Of a stretch of DNA of 64,000 nt, positions 1 through 11,589 are shown one piece after another. Numbering within the stretch: the stretch's first letter is position 1; each line of letters begins with the position of its first letter. The translations under genes and the position numbers were made by a program. The notes beneath the pieces were generated by a model. It saw only the letters and a list, made by a program, of their open reading frames with translations. It did no database searches and was not told the origin of the DNA. The stretch is taken from assembly GCA_001949185.1 (NCBI GenBank), contig BDGG01000002.1, positions 8,422,448 through 8,486,447 on the forward strand, in the 5' to 3' direction. This stretch comes from Ramazzottius varieornatus. Lineage: Eukaryota > Animalia > Tardigrada.

Positions 1-1043
1 CCGCTACAAAGGCCAAGCCAAGCAGGTCAGCAGTATTAATAGTTCAGCTGATAAACCAAAAGCGTGGGCCACTTTGTAAAACGATCTTCTTGAGTTGTTT
101 AAAAAGCTTCCACTCATTTATATTTATCTTGGCTGCTGTCGTTGTGTGGTATGATGGTGACGGTTAATACTTACAAGGAGTATACCTCCAGTAATGCCGT
201 GCTCATTTCGGGTTGACTTTTCAGGTATACATTGCGGGCAGCTTCAACAACTGGAAGACCAAGATTCCGCTTACCAAGTCACAAAGTGACTTTGTGACCA
301 TTTTGGACTTGCCGGAGGGAAAGCATGAATACAAGTTTTTCGTCGATGGTCAGTGGGTTCTCGACCCGGATCAGCAGCATAAGGAAGCCGACGGTGAATC
401 TGCCACCCGCAACAACGTCGTGGAAGTCAGCCGATCGGACTTTGAGGTATAAACTCTTCGATTCGTAAATTGACAGATGGGCAAACGAAACGTACAAGAT
501 CGTGGGCTGAAGTAGCGCACTTTTCCGTCCAGAAACAGAGTCGACGAGAACTGGTTCAGATCGCTCTCGACAGTGGCGCACGCTTCCAGCCAGCAACACT
601 GTAAAAGTGCGTCACTTGATACAGCGATCTCATAACGTTTCCTTTGCCGACCTTTCAAAGTATTGAATAAGTCGCCAGGCCAAGCCAACTTATGTCGACA
701 GGTTTTTGATGCGCTGGCCATGGACTCTTCGGTTACCGACTCGAAAGGCTCGCTGACGTCGACCTTTAGCTCCTCTCCACCGGGAACCTATGTGCAGGAG
801 ATTCCCAACAAGAAGCCCTACGAGTCGTCGACGGGGCCGCCCGTCCTGCCACCCCATCTGATGCAAGTCATCCTCAACCGCGACATCCCCGTCACCTACG
901 AGCCGACGCTGCTACCGGAGCCCAACCACGTCATGCTCAACCACCTCTATGCCCTCTCCATCAAGGACGGTGTCATGGTCCTCTCTGCCACTCATCGCTA
1001 CCGCAAGAAATATGTCACCACCCTCATGTACAAACCCATCTAA
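1..1043 (+). CDS. PRKAB: 5'-AMP-activated protein kinase beta subunit, 5'-partial; exons 1-25, 225-446, 702-1043
   Basis: Carbohydrate-binding module VYIAGSFNNWK...LDLPEGKHEYKFFVDGQW; C-terminal PPVLPPHL...LPEPNHVMLNHLYALSIKDGVMVLSATHRYRKKYVTTLMYKPI; GT-AG introns keep the frame. Confidence 0.97.
571..618. repeat. 72-bp-period hairpin family unit (AMPK beta intron)
   Basis: CAGTGGCGCAC...GTGCGTCACTTG. Confidence 0.7.
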
Positions 1044-1312
1044 AGTTGTCTCGACTTTTATCCGGCATTTTAACGCTTGAAACTTTATTTCGCCACAGAC
1101 TGTTTTCTGTACTTTTCTTGTGCTGTACTCGTACTGGTAAATGGACATATTTTCAGCTGATGTCGTCTTGACGAAACGATTGAATGCCATACTATAATGC
1201 TTGGCTAAGTGACCATCTAACAGCGGTAGGGGAGCTACCCGCCAGAATTACAAGTAAAGGTGCTGCTGATGACTGCATCGGGAGAGGCAACCGTGGGCTT
1301 TGTCAGACAAGA

Positions 1313-3298
1313 TTAAAAACTATAACTGCCATGACCACTGTGCGCAGCATGGTCCGTGGTGGCCAATTTGGGCTTGCAAACTACGGTCTGCGCTCTGATC
1401 CGTTCGCGTGGAGCCAGCGCACTGACTTGTTGGCGGTTCGCAGTGCTGACTCGGTCGCGCTGGGAGATACTGAGGCGCTGGCGATGAGAAGTCCGCCGAC
1501 CAAGTGTACAGGTCGTTATCGATCGGCCAGCGGAACTTTTGGGGACAAGGCGAAGACGGCGAGAATGATAAGAGCCGAGGGCGGCGCTGACCAGCTGGAA
1601 CAGAGCTTGGCGGTAACGTGAATTCTTGAAGGCGTATACTGGAGAAAGGAGAAAAAAGGTCAGCTGGTGGCACTGGCGGATAGTGCTGTACGTCCATGGC
1701 CATACTTATCGGGTTGTAGGCGGCGGATGTTTTAGCGAAGATGGCGGGGAGGTGACAGACTAGCGGAGTGTAATAAGAGTGCGCTCCCGACACACCCAGG
1801 AGGGAGGAAATGGTATAGGGTGTCCATGCTAGGGCCCAGCCGCAGATGACGAGAAGGATGATTTTGGCCGACTGAACTTGTTGTTCCCTCCGCTTGTTCC
1901 CACTGGATATCGATGAAGGGGCCTGTAGGGATTCCAGCAACGGCTCTCGTGGGACTATTACACATAAGATACGCAGATAGGCCGTGATGATGACGGCAAG
2001 CGGCACAAAGTAAGCACCGACGCACCTGCTCACATAAGGCGTATATATATAACAACTCAGCCTACGACAAACTGTCTCTTTCCATTGAGGAGACTGTATT
2101 GATACTGCGAGCAACGGTGGTGCGCCAGTTTGACTTACATGGCCGCTATGTACAATCTGGTGGCAAAACTTGAGTCCAGAACGTCGAAAGAACATGTTGT
2201 CAAATATCCTTCCGGAACCTAAGTCAAAACATCATTAGGTGCACTGTGATGGCGGAAACCCCAACCCTGGAAGACATGACAGCACTTACGTATGGCGCGA
2301 AGCCGGGAGACAGTGGAATGACTGCCCAGAATAAGCTGAAATCATACCCAAGTGGCTAATTGACACATATAGGCGCTATATCCATGCCGCTTCTCCTCAT
2401 CATCAGGACTTGATGCGCTGCTCACCTGTAGACCCAGACGAAGGACAGCATGAAGTATATTCGCTTATGGCCAGCGGCAACTTTCCCTCTGGTGCACTCG
2501 AAGGGCTGGCTGTAACATCATGGAGATCATTATTCACCTTATTATTCTTCCTTTGGCAAACGGCTTTGCCAGTTGGCCATAACGGTGGTATTATTAGAAC
2601 AAAACTGACCAGATGACAAAGCAGCGGTCGACGGCCATAGCTGCTGGACAAAGAAATAGGCTGTACGCTGTACTTAAAGTATCTGGGTTTTCCTATATGG
2701 TGTTGGACGACCTCAGGAAGGTCAGCGGGTTCATGACGTACAATGGAGTACCTGTTATGGTCATCAGGGAGGCCGTTCCGAATAAAGCTCCGGCGAATCC
2801 GTACATTTGGCAGCCTGTTGGATATTTCCATCATTATGACGCGGAGGCAACAGTGGGCAAAGCAACATTGTCATACATACCATTGTAGCCGAAAAGCCAG
2901 CGGAATTTGAAACTGCTGGCGGCGTACATCGGCGTCAGTATGGATGCCATTGTCAGATCACAGATGGCCAGATTGATGACCAAAGCGTTGGATTTGCTCT
3001 TGAGACTTTTCGTCCTGGAAGCAAAAAGATAGATACGCTGGCCTTGCCATATGTCAAGGACGGTGGGGACTTACGCCAGAAAGATGTGTATAACCAAGCT
3101 GTTGCCGAAAATAGCGGCGATACCCACCACTAGAATCAGCGAGCCCGACAATATGTGGAAGGTATCCGATGCTTGTTCGTAGTCCAGCCAGTGAGGATGC
3201 ACCAGCTGGGCAAACGAGTCATTGTCCCACTGTTGCACCAGGTTCTTCAGTAGACGCGGGTTGGACCATCCACCAAGATTATGGCTCATGCCGGCCAT
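1313..3298 (-). CDS. Rhabdomeric-type opsin (multi-exon 7TM photoreceptor)
   Basis: N-terminal VHPHW, TM1 GN, CQMYG (Y at bovine site 113), DRC, YVPEGYLTTCSFD (E181 equivalent), WTPY, retinal-binding Lys in FAKTSAAYNPIIY; spliced exons join in frame to TAA at 1313-1315. Confidence 0.92.
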
Positions 3299-4146
3299 CT
3301 TTGCAAATCTTCATAAATTCTTCCAACATTAAAGGCCGTGCCGCTAGCTTCTGTCGCTTCGTCAGCTTTTTGTAAGCTGTACATGTTGCCGAATGTGAGG
3401 TCGCTCGATCCCCAATGGAAAGTAACGTAACGTAACGTTGATCCCTGTAAATGCCCATTATCCTGTTTCACAAAGTTGTCGTGCACATCCAGTGGTAATT
3501 CCTCGGTTTCCGGTTTCCTGAACATCACGACGATGTTATGGCACATGTTGAGATGCTTCCTGGGATTGGATGTAACTGTACCCCCTAGTTTAGTATGCGG
3601 GCATCGTACATACAGTCTGACGGTCAAAAGCTCAGCCTTCCTGACATTGTTTCAGGTACACGTAAGTGGAAGGCCATCTTTTGCGGTGAAGACGCCTAGT
3701 CCGGGGTTGTGGTCGCAAGATACACTTACCTAGAATCAACATCCAGATCAAATCTGAGAGCAACACACCCTTTTTGGGGAATTGAGCGGACGATTGCAGA
3801 AACTTCATAGAAAAGCTTTTGCGGTTGGCATTGCCTGGTCGAGCCCGCTAAAGGCTAAACCGGCTTACGGTGTCCACTGTCCACTCGACCTTAATTACAG
3901 TATTTGACAGCATATCATGCTTCTCTCTTTGTCATTTCCAATTGCTGAAAAGTCAATGCGCTGCTTTGTTTCCGTGGATGCTGTTACAGTCCGCTCGCTC
4001 GAAATGCAGGACCTGATTTGACGGTTTCAAACGTAGGAAACAAGTAACTTTCCCGAGACTGCTCGCCGTACTTTGGCACCGCTGATCGGCGGGGAATCGA
4101 TTATTACTTGATCACACCAGCAGTAGCACATTGTAACCTTGTCTTA

Positions 4147-4885
4147 CACCCCGCCCAAGCCAACTCGCTACCACCTGGCATTTCGACGAGGAAAAATTCA
4201 GAATGCTACATTCCCGTTCGTGCTTGCCGTTTCTCCATACATTTTTTCAAGCTGCTTCGACTGAGCTATGATTCGTTCAGTTACGGTGACAAGCTGATTG
4301 CAAAACTTGACTACAATGACTTCCGGTGGGGAAGACATACCGCCAAGGGTAAAACGCAGTCTGCAAAATTCCATGCTTGAGTTTTTATCCTGACATTGAT
4401 GTAAATGTACATATAACTATTCTGATAGCCGAAAAGAATTGAGAAGGACCAGAAAAGGTCCAAGCGAGTTTGAAAAACGATTTAAAACCGTCGAATGGGA
4501 CCGTTTTGCTGGGGAAACTCGTTTTCGAAAAAATGTCTGACCGTTTTCCAGAACGGTTGATTTGCGGTTCCAGCCACTTTTCCTTTAGTTCAATGTTTGT
4601 ATTGATTGTTTTTGGTGACCGTACCGCGGGATGCCAACGAAAAACTGAGAAACAATTTTTGGAAAACGGACCCGAAAATGACAAACGTTGGTGCTTTTTT
4701 CACTCAGCACCTCCCCGAGGTTAACGTCGATCATGAATTTCTGTAAGCAGACTTTTTACCAATAATTTTCCGAGAGGCAGCAAAGAGAGTGCTAAACCAG
4801 GGAAAATTGATTTCGAAGTGGAAAACTAGTCGAGTCGAGCTGGCCTTGGAGAAATGAGTGGTAGCAAGTTGGCTTGGGCGGGCTG
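4147..4885. mobile_element. Non-autonomous DNA transposon/MITE with TA target duplication (Tc1/mariner-like)
   Basis: Terminal inverted repeats CAC/CAG-CCCGCCCAAGCCAACT(C/T)GCTACCAC, TA on both sides; no transposase ORF. Confidence 0.7.
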
Positions 4886-5295
4886 TATGTATTTTCGGCC
4901 TGGCGCTTGGCACGTTCCATCGTGAACATATGGCAGGCATCAAGCTGAAAACGTTCAATCAGGTCCTACATTTCGAGCGAGCGGACTGTACTTGTGTAAC
5001 AAAAGTAGAAGCTCCCTGCAGTTTCGCCTTGGACGTTCTCACGAGTCGTATGACGGATCGGTGGCGCGCTTCGAGACGGATCATTCAAGTGTCAGGTGCA
5101 GAAGTATGACAGGACTTGTTTCAGGTCTGAAACGTGCATAACTGAACTGATTTCGGAGGTTTTGGTGTATGGATTTTATCGAGGCAGGAACGCTACTACC
5201 CAAACTTCGAACTTGCTTTACGAGCATTTCAGCTAGCAATAGTTCGTATGCCAATTGGGCCGCCGATACCTACTTGCTGTTTGTGGTAACCGCAG

Positions 5296-5740
5296 GTGAT
5301 GTGGACGGACTGACCTGCTGGAAGTGTTGGCCGATGGTGAAGGACGGCAAGTACCTTGAGAAATCACAGGAAAGATGTCGCACAACCGCATTTGACGGTC
5401 TAAATATTACCGTCACACTGTGTCGGGATGGCAATAATGCTTCTTGTTTCTTGTACTGGGACTCGTGTGCGTATCGTTCTGCTGCTTAGGTCGTTAGTTT
5501 TAATCCTTCTGTCGCTAGATATACGATAGTTTTGACAGGCGTCTCTCCATCGGGTGAATGCCTCTTGACGTTTTGCATTTTACACTTCAGGTTTAGCGTG
5601 AAAGTCCCAGCTACAAAGGCGAAAGCCGCTGTGGCCAATCCAGCTGCTTTTGCCGACGAAATCTACGCAATGCTGCTGCCAAGATGTTAAGCTACGCTGG
5701 TTCACCCATTGTGCTTTGCATCTCCACAGTCTTTTCATAA
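5296..5740 (+). pseudogene. Ly6/uPAR (three-finger, quiver-like) GPI-type gene remnant
   Basis: Exon with GLTCWKC...C...C...SC; downstream exon SRCGQSSCFCRRNLRN plus hydrophobic tail. The terminal CN is RN, and the obvious splice paths meet in-frame stops. Confidence 0.5.
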
Positions 5741-6391
5741 CAAATCGTTCTTCAAAATCTTTCCATGATCGCAGATGAAATTTGTTCGCGTCAAACAAGT
5801 TTCCGCAAAATGACACCGCAGCTACGTGCTACCAGTATGGTCAACCCACACTGGTGCTACCGTAGACGTAACTAGTTAAGTGGAAAATACCGGCAGATAA
5901 CTGTTGTGTATGTGAAGTAAAGTTGGCACGGTATTACGTGCTGAATGACATAAATCGAGCTTAACGAATTTGCCTCGTAATTTTTGCGATTATTATGGCG
6001 GTATCCGCTGCGTCTACCCACCAAACTTTTGTTCCGGAAATTAGAAAAGCCATCTTCTAAATCCAGAGCTTTCAACAGATTTGAGAAGGAGATGAAGCAG
6101 CGATCTTTCAGAGTTTATTTTGGGATGAGAAAAAGCCCGTCCAATGTTAAAAAGTCCACACTTGTGTGAGGAGGCATACGATGAAGAAGCAAGGTAGCGT
6201 TGAGGGTGATACTCAAACTTTTCGTATTGCCGAAATTATAACCCTTGTGGGGCGAAAATCGTCGTGCCCGAATTATGTCGTTATGAAATCAGTCAACACC
6301 ATGTCCGGCTCTTGAAATGCAAAAACCATGAGGCATGTCAGATCTACAGGGCAGCACGGAAGCACCCAGATAAGTTGTTGAGTGAGTGTGC

Positions 6392-8364
6392 TCAGGTGCA
6401 TTTTGTTTTGCGCTTGAAGACACCAGCTCTCAGCACACTTCTCTCGTTGACAATGTACTGATCCCGTAAAAAAGCCCCGGCTCTGAGTAGGCTTCGCTCG
6501 TTGACAATATAGCGCTCGTCCAGCGGCAAGCCATCGTTGGAGGCGGCAGCGGGACCCGCCAGCGCTGCCAATGGTTTTGAGGTAGGTCGAACTTGAGCAA
6601 AGTCTTGCTGTGCGGCAACATAGACCATGGTCGGACGGGCGAAACCATTGAAGCCCGAGGAAGCCGAGTTGGTGTAGGCACCCATGTCCTCCAGGTACAG
6701 CCAGTGGCCAATGTCCATTTGCGGCAGGTAATAGCTGGCTGTGATGCAGTCGAGTCCGTCGCACGTCGGTCCCCACAGGCTGGCGCAGTGGAGGGTGGCA
6801 GACAGGCCGGCTTGCGGCGGCACCTTCAGCTCGATGACGGCCTTGTCCTTCTCCATGCAGTTGAAGGAGCCGTAGACGCCGTCGTTGACGTAGTACATGA
6901 ACTCGGGTCCCTCCACGTTTAGAGCTCGCTAAAGTACAACAACAGTGGGCTGACTTTGATGCTTAAGGTCTGGCGCAGTGTGAAAGGGGAAGCCTTGCTC
7001 ACCTGCTCGGCTTCGATCACGCGCTTGGCCGTGATGTTCAAGCACAAAGTCATGGCCGACGCCACGAAAAAGCGCCCCGGCTCGGCGATGAGGCGCACAC
7101 CGCATCCCGGCGGGAAGTGCTTGTCCAAAGCTGGCTTAACTTCATCCACCACCTACAGTATATAAACCCTTTGACAAGGCTGCAATCAGTCAAGCCACAG
7201 ACCAAAATCGTATCAAGTTCCAAAACATGCCAAAAGTGTTGAAGCTATTTTTCCTCAAATTGCAAGGCAGTGGGGTCAGCACTGTAAAGTCCCTCCATTT
7301 GGTTAGACTCAACCTGTGTTACCTGTTGGAAATTGATGGGGTCGCCTTTGTGGCCGGGATATCCGCCACCGAGATCCAAGACCTTTAGCTTCATGCCCAG
7401 CGTCTCGGCATGGTCGAAGACTTCTCGGGACCAAGCGATGGCTTGGGCATAGGCCGCTGGGTTGGCGCAGACACTGCCGACATGGAAGCTGACTCCGATG
7501 ACATTCAAGGCCAAGTCTTGCGCTATGGCCAGCAGACGCTTGGCCTCCGGCAGGTGCGCACCGAACTTGCAGCCCAAGTTGACCACGGCCATGGGGTCGT
7601 CAGCGCGGATGCGCAACAAGAGCTGGGCAGCGGGGTACAGCCGCTTGATCTTGTGCAGCTCCGGTTCATTGTCGAAGGTGGTCAGCTTCACCTGCTGTTG
7701 GGCCGCATAGATGATGTGCGACTTGGGTTTGCAGGTGTGGGCAAAGACGATGCGGTCCGGGCAGACGCCCAGCCTCAGTACGCTGGCTATCTCTTCCTTG
7801 CTGGCACAGTCGAAACCGATGCCCATGTTGGCCAGCGTCTGTAGAATGCCCATGTCCGGGTTGCATTTGATTGCTGCAGGAATAAAGCCAAGGGTCAGAA
7901 ATCCACCGTACTGTGCAACAAATTTTGCACTAGAAAATGTTAGAGAGCTGGGCGAATCGGTGAAGCAGATCGTTAGCCTAAGTGGCGCACGTTAAGGGTA
8001 ATATTAGCTGACGGCCTGCGCCACTCGTCAAAACGATTTTATCGCAATTCATTTGCCCATCTTCGTTTCGGTCCAAGTCGACACTGGGGAAAAAACCATA
8101 GGTACCGTAGAATGGCTCCACACGGGGTAATTTCTCCCGCCACAAATGGCACTTGCGGATGACATCGCCCAAGTCGACGATATTGAAGGCGTCGTCGATG
8201 CCGAGGGAATCCGAGTACTGGATGTACTGATCGACGCATCGTTCAATGCTGGTGTTGGCTGGATCGAAGGTGTGAACGGTCAGCGCTACCTCGCCAGCCA
8301 AGAGGGTTTCCTGGGCAAGGGGCGAGGTGAACATGCAGGTATCGACAGTCTCGTCCAGACGCAT
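6392..8364 (-). CDS. ODC1: Ornithine decarboxylase; exons 8364-8106, 7873-7323, 7152-7003, 6928-6392
   Basis: PLP lysine motif PFYAIKCN, GFDCAS, VSFHVGS, LDLGGG, IAEPGRF, YYVNDGVYGSFNC, WGPTCDGLD all intact. Confidence 0.95.
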
Positions 8365-9183
8365 TGCGGATTAAAGGTGGCGGTAGCTAGTGCAGACAGT
8401 GCAAAACAAATGGCTGACAACTGAGCCTTCTGCCGAATTTTGTGCAATCGCACCGTTTTAGTCACGCAGTAACAACAAAGAGGAAGGGATTAACTGTCTT
8501 GATCAAAGCGGACGGTGAGGAAACGACTGCTAATCCAAACACAGTCGGCAGGAAGCGCTCAGAAACTGCCAAGTTTTTCAGTGCAATACTGCCTGATGGT
8601 CGTTGTGGTCGACGAGCTGTCTTTATGCCGAATGGTACCTTAGACTTTCCATCTGGCAAGTTTGTTTTCCTGCTAGCGCAACTTTGACTGCCTTTAACCA
8701 ATAATTGAACTGGCAAGTACCGCATAATATTCAGTATGAAAAGCTTGTTTTGGTTTTTGTTGTAGACAATAGGAAACGAAGAGAGGCTGAAAACGGTACC
8801 ACGGGCGGCGCTACTTATGCCCGCCAGCTTTAATTGATCCACTTCCTGCTTCTAACGTTCTGATATTGAGGTTTGACACGACTGAGATATTCCCCGACGG
8901 TCAAGGGAAGAATACTCGTCTGCCATGGTTCGATGCTTCAACGTTTGATGTCTAGGCATCATCGGCCAAACAACTGTAGTGCACAATGGGCGCTAAGCTA
9001 AGAATCCTTCCCAGTTCTCCCAAGTGCAGCGCTTTTGATCTTCAGCGCCAGGTCCGCTGGCTTTGCTCCTTATCCTTAGCTCCCACCGGGACGGTGGAAA
9101 AGCAAAGTGGCCGCGGGTACTGGAAATGCCTACTACACCTGCTGCAATGGCCTTTTGACGCTGAACTTTTTCTGGCCAACGTT

Positions 9184-9234
9184 TGCCTTGGGGGCTAACG
9201 TCTCTCTGTTGAGTCGCGGTTGGCCCCCAAGGCA
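9184..9234. other. 16-bp stem hairpin between the divergent ODC and NNMT-like genes
   Basis: TGCCTTGGGGGCTAAC ... GTTGGCCCCCAAGGCA, one G-U pair, 19-nt loop. Confidence 0.6.
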
Positions 9235-9390
9235 GCATGACGCAGTCATCCTCCAGCTCAGCGAGTATTACCTGACATGAGCAACGGTCTTTTCCAGCCG
9301 GCCAGACGATTTCGGAAGAATATGCTAGCAGCGTCATTGCTCTCGGTGCGGCCATCGTCGTCCGTTTTGGATGCTATAGTCGTGATTGTC

Positions 9391-11031
9391 ATGACCACTA
9401 GTTTGAACAGCATGTCGGCCTCTCGTGATCGTCAGTATTACCTCCATGATTTCAACGCGCGCCTGTACTTGGATCAGTTTTATGGGTCGACTAAGAACGG
9501 CCATACCACAATCACCAACGAGGCTTCCGGCTTCATCTTCTCCACGCTGAAAAGCTTCTTACAACGATGCCCCAAAGGGGAAGGACGCCTGCTGGACATG
9601 GGCACAGGTCCATGCCTGGCTAACGTCATCCCGGCAGCGCGCTATTTCAACCACATTTACTGCGCGGACCTTTCCCCAAAAGCACGCCAAGAGGTAACTC
9701 GAAACTTATGCAAGTTGCTCTACCGCTTTATAAACAGTAGCGCACTTCTTTCTTTCGTAGTTGGAAAAATGGAGACTAGGAAGAGCTGATGCTTTCGACT
9801 GGACAACCTTCTTCAAGGTACAGTCTACAAAACCATTTGGGTAGCTGCGGCCCATTCCCAGTACATTCAATTTTGCTTCCGAAGTAGCGTTTTTTGACTT
9901 GAAGTTGTTGGGAATACCAAGGGGCATCGTGCGGTAAGTTTGCCGTACCTCGCCGTGGTTCACAGTCTCCGAAAATGTTCGCCCTTCTGGGAAAACACTC
10001 TGGAAAATTTCAGGGGTAACCACTAACTGAAACGCCTTCCAGGGGGTTGGATGCCAAAACGACTACCTACGCATTTTCATGCTACATGACGTCATCCTAA
10101 CTTCAAATCTTTCTGAGTGAAAATTTCGAACCCCTTTAGATTTTTCCGACGTAGCCATCTGACCACTGGTCAGACGGCCAAATGGACAACACCATCGTGA
10201 TCCGCGATGTCTGCTCCGTAAGATAGCGTTGGCAGTTCAACTTTGCCCTTGGGGCTCAAAAATTAAAACTGGTTTCCTGAACAATTCGGTTGTACTGGGA
10301 ATGGGCCGCAACTACTTATTTAAAGCTTGTCCAGGATTGGCGGGACGGGGACGGATCAGTTGAGCCAGACTGTCATCTCAAGTGGCGCGCAGTCGCAGTG
10401 TTTCTGGCTGCAACTGTGCGCCACTCGAAACGCGACAAGATTGTTTTCCCTAGTGGCGCACGTTGCCACTTTATCGGCTGGAAGTGCGCGGCACGTGGTA
10501 CAGTAACCTGGTTGCAATCGTCGTCCATGTTCTAGTTCTTTTTGTGGGTGCAGCTGAAGATTATTGTTTCAGTTTTCAGCTGTGCTGGACCAAAAGGCCG
10601 ACGAATGGATGACGTATGAGACAAACTTGCGCCAGTCCATAAGGGCCATCTGGCCATGCGACATGACGGAGGACGACCCACTGTCGCCACAGAGCATCGC
10701 GCCGGTTGACGTGGTGACCGAGTCCTTCATGTTGGGCACGGTGGCCAACGATGCCGACGATCTGGTCAAGCTTGTCCATCGCCTTAGTCGCTACCTGAAG
10801 AGCGGAGGAACCATGGTTATAACGGAGAGCACCAACGCCTCCTTCTACCAACTTGACGGCAAGCTGCTGTACATCTGCCAGCTGAAAGAGAGCGACTACC
10901 TTTCGGCACTGGAGAAGAACGGCTTCGCGCAAATTGAGGTCGTTCGGGCCAGCGATGCCAACGTCAAGGACGATCAGCAGGTCAGCGATATTGGAGATGA
11001 CATTATCATCAAAGCCATCAAGACAGGCTGA
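9391..11031 (+). CDS. NNMT/PNMT/INMT-family SAM-dependent methyltransferase; exons 9391-9693, 9761-9817, 10573-11031
   Basis: Y..DFNARLYLDQFY, LLDMGTGP, IYCADLS, AFDW, CDMT..DPL, YLKSGG motifs typical of the family. Confidence 0.9.
10380..10497. repeat. 72-bp-period hairpin family, 2 units (NNMT-like intron)
   Basis: CAAGTGGCGCGC...GTGCGCCACTCG, linker, TAGTGGCGCAC...GTGCGCGGCAC. Confidence 0.75.
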
Positions 11032-11157
11032 AATCGTTAACTCCCATATGATAACTCCCTTGGCGATCTGGATCTGCACTATTCTAATCAGACCAAGACT
11101 ATCTTCCGCATTTTCTTCCCTAATCATTCGCAGTACAAACGACACCGTTTTCTTCTA

Positions 11158-11274
11158 CACTCCGCCCAAGCCAACTCGCTACCACCTGGCATTTCGACAA
11201 GGAAAAATTCAGAATGCTATTGAAAAGCTGATTGAAAAACTTGACTACTATGACTTCCGGTGGGGAAGACATAC
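11158..11274 (+). mobile_element. Truncated second copy of the 4147-4885 element (left end)
   Basis: Near-identical to 4147-4210 and ~4291-4340 with an internal deletion; preceded by TA. Confidence 0.75.
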
Positions 11275-11467
11275 ATGGGTACTTCACTGACAGTACAGAC
11301 GTAAATACAGATAAAAATGCCGGCACAGTTCGATGTCTGGACCTGCAGATGGCGCTTTTTCTATGCGTGGCTGAAGATGCTGAGCAGTGGTTCGTGCGGT
11401 GGCGCTGCGTACGCTTGAATTAATCAAGATGCTATGACAAGGGCTTATTGAGGTCCCTGAAAGGTCC

Positions 11468-11589
11468 GCAATTTGGCCCTTTTCTACGAAGTTTTTATGG
11501 AATGTCTGTCCAGGTTCGTGCCGGGCACGGTCCTGACAAGCGACATCGTGGAAAAAGGGCCAAATTGCGTGGAAAAAGGGCCAAATTGC
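11468..11589. repeat. Short inverted repeat with tandem duplication of one arm
   Basis: GCAATTTGGCCCTTTTCTACGA versus TCGTGGAAAAAGGGCCAAATTGC, the latter arm present twice in tandem. Confidence 0.6.

Noticed and set aside
8993-9355. PPW-type polyamine-sensing uORF of ODC (LPWGP in a minus-strand ORF)
   Set aside because: Not PPW, not near a stop codon, and arises from the hairpin arm sequence
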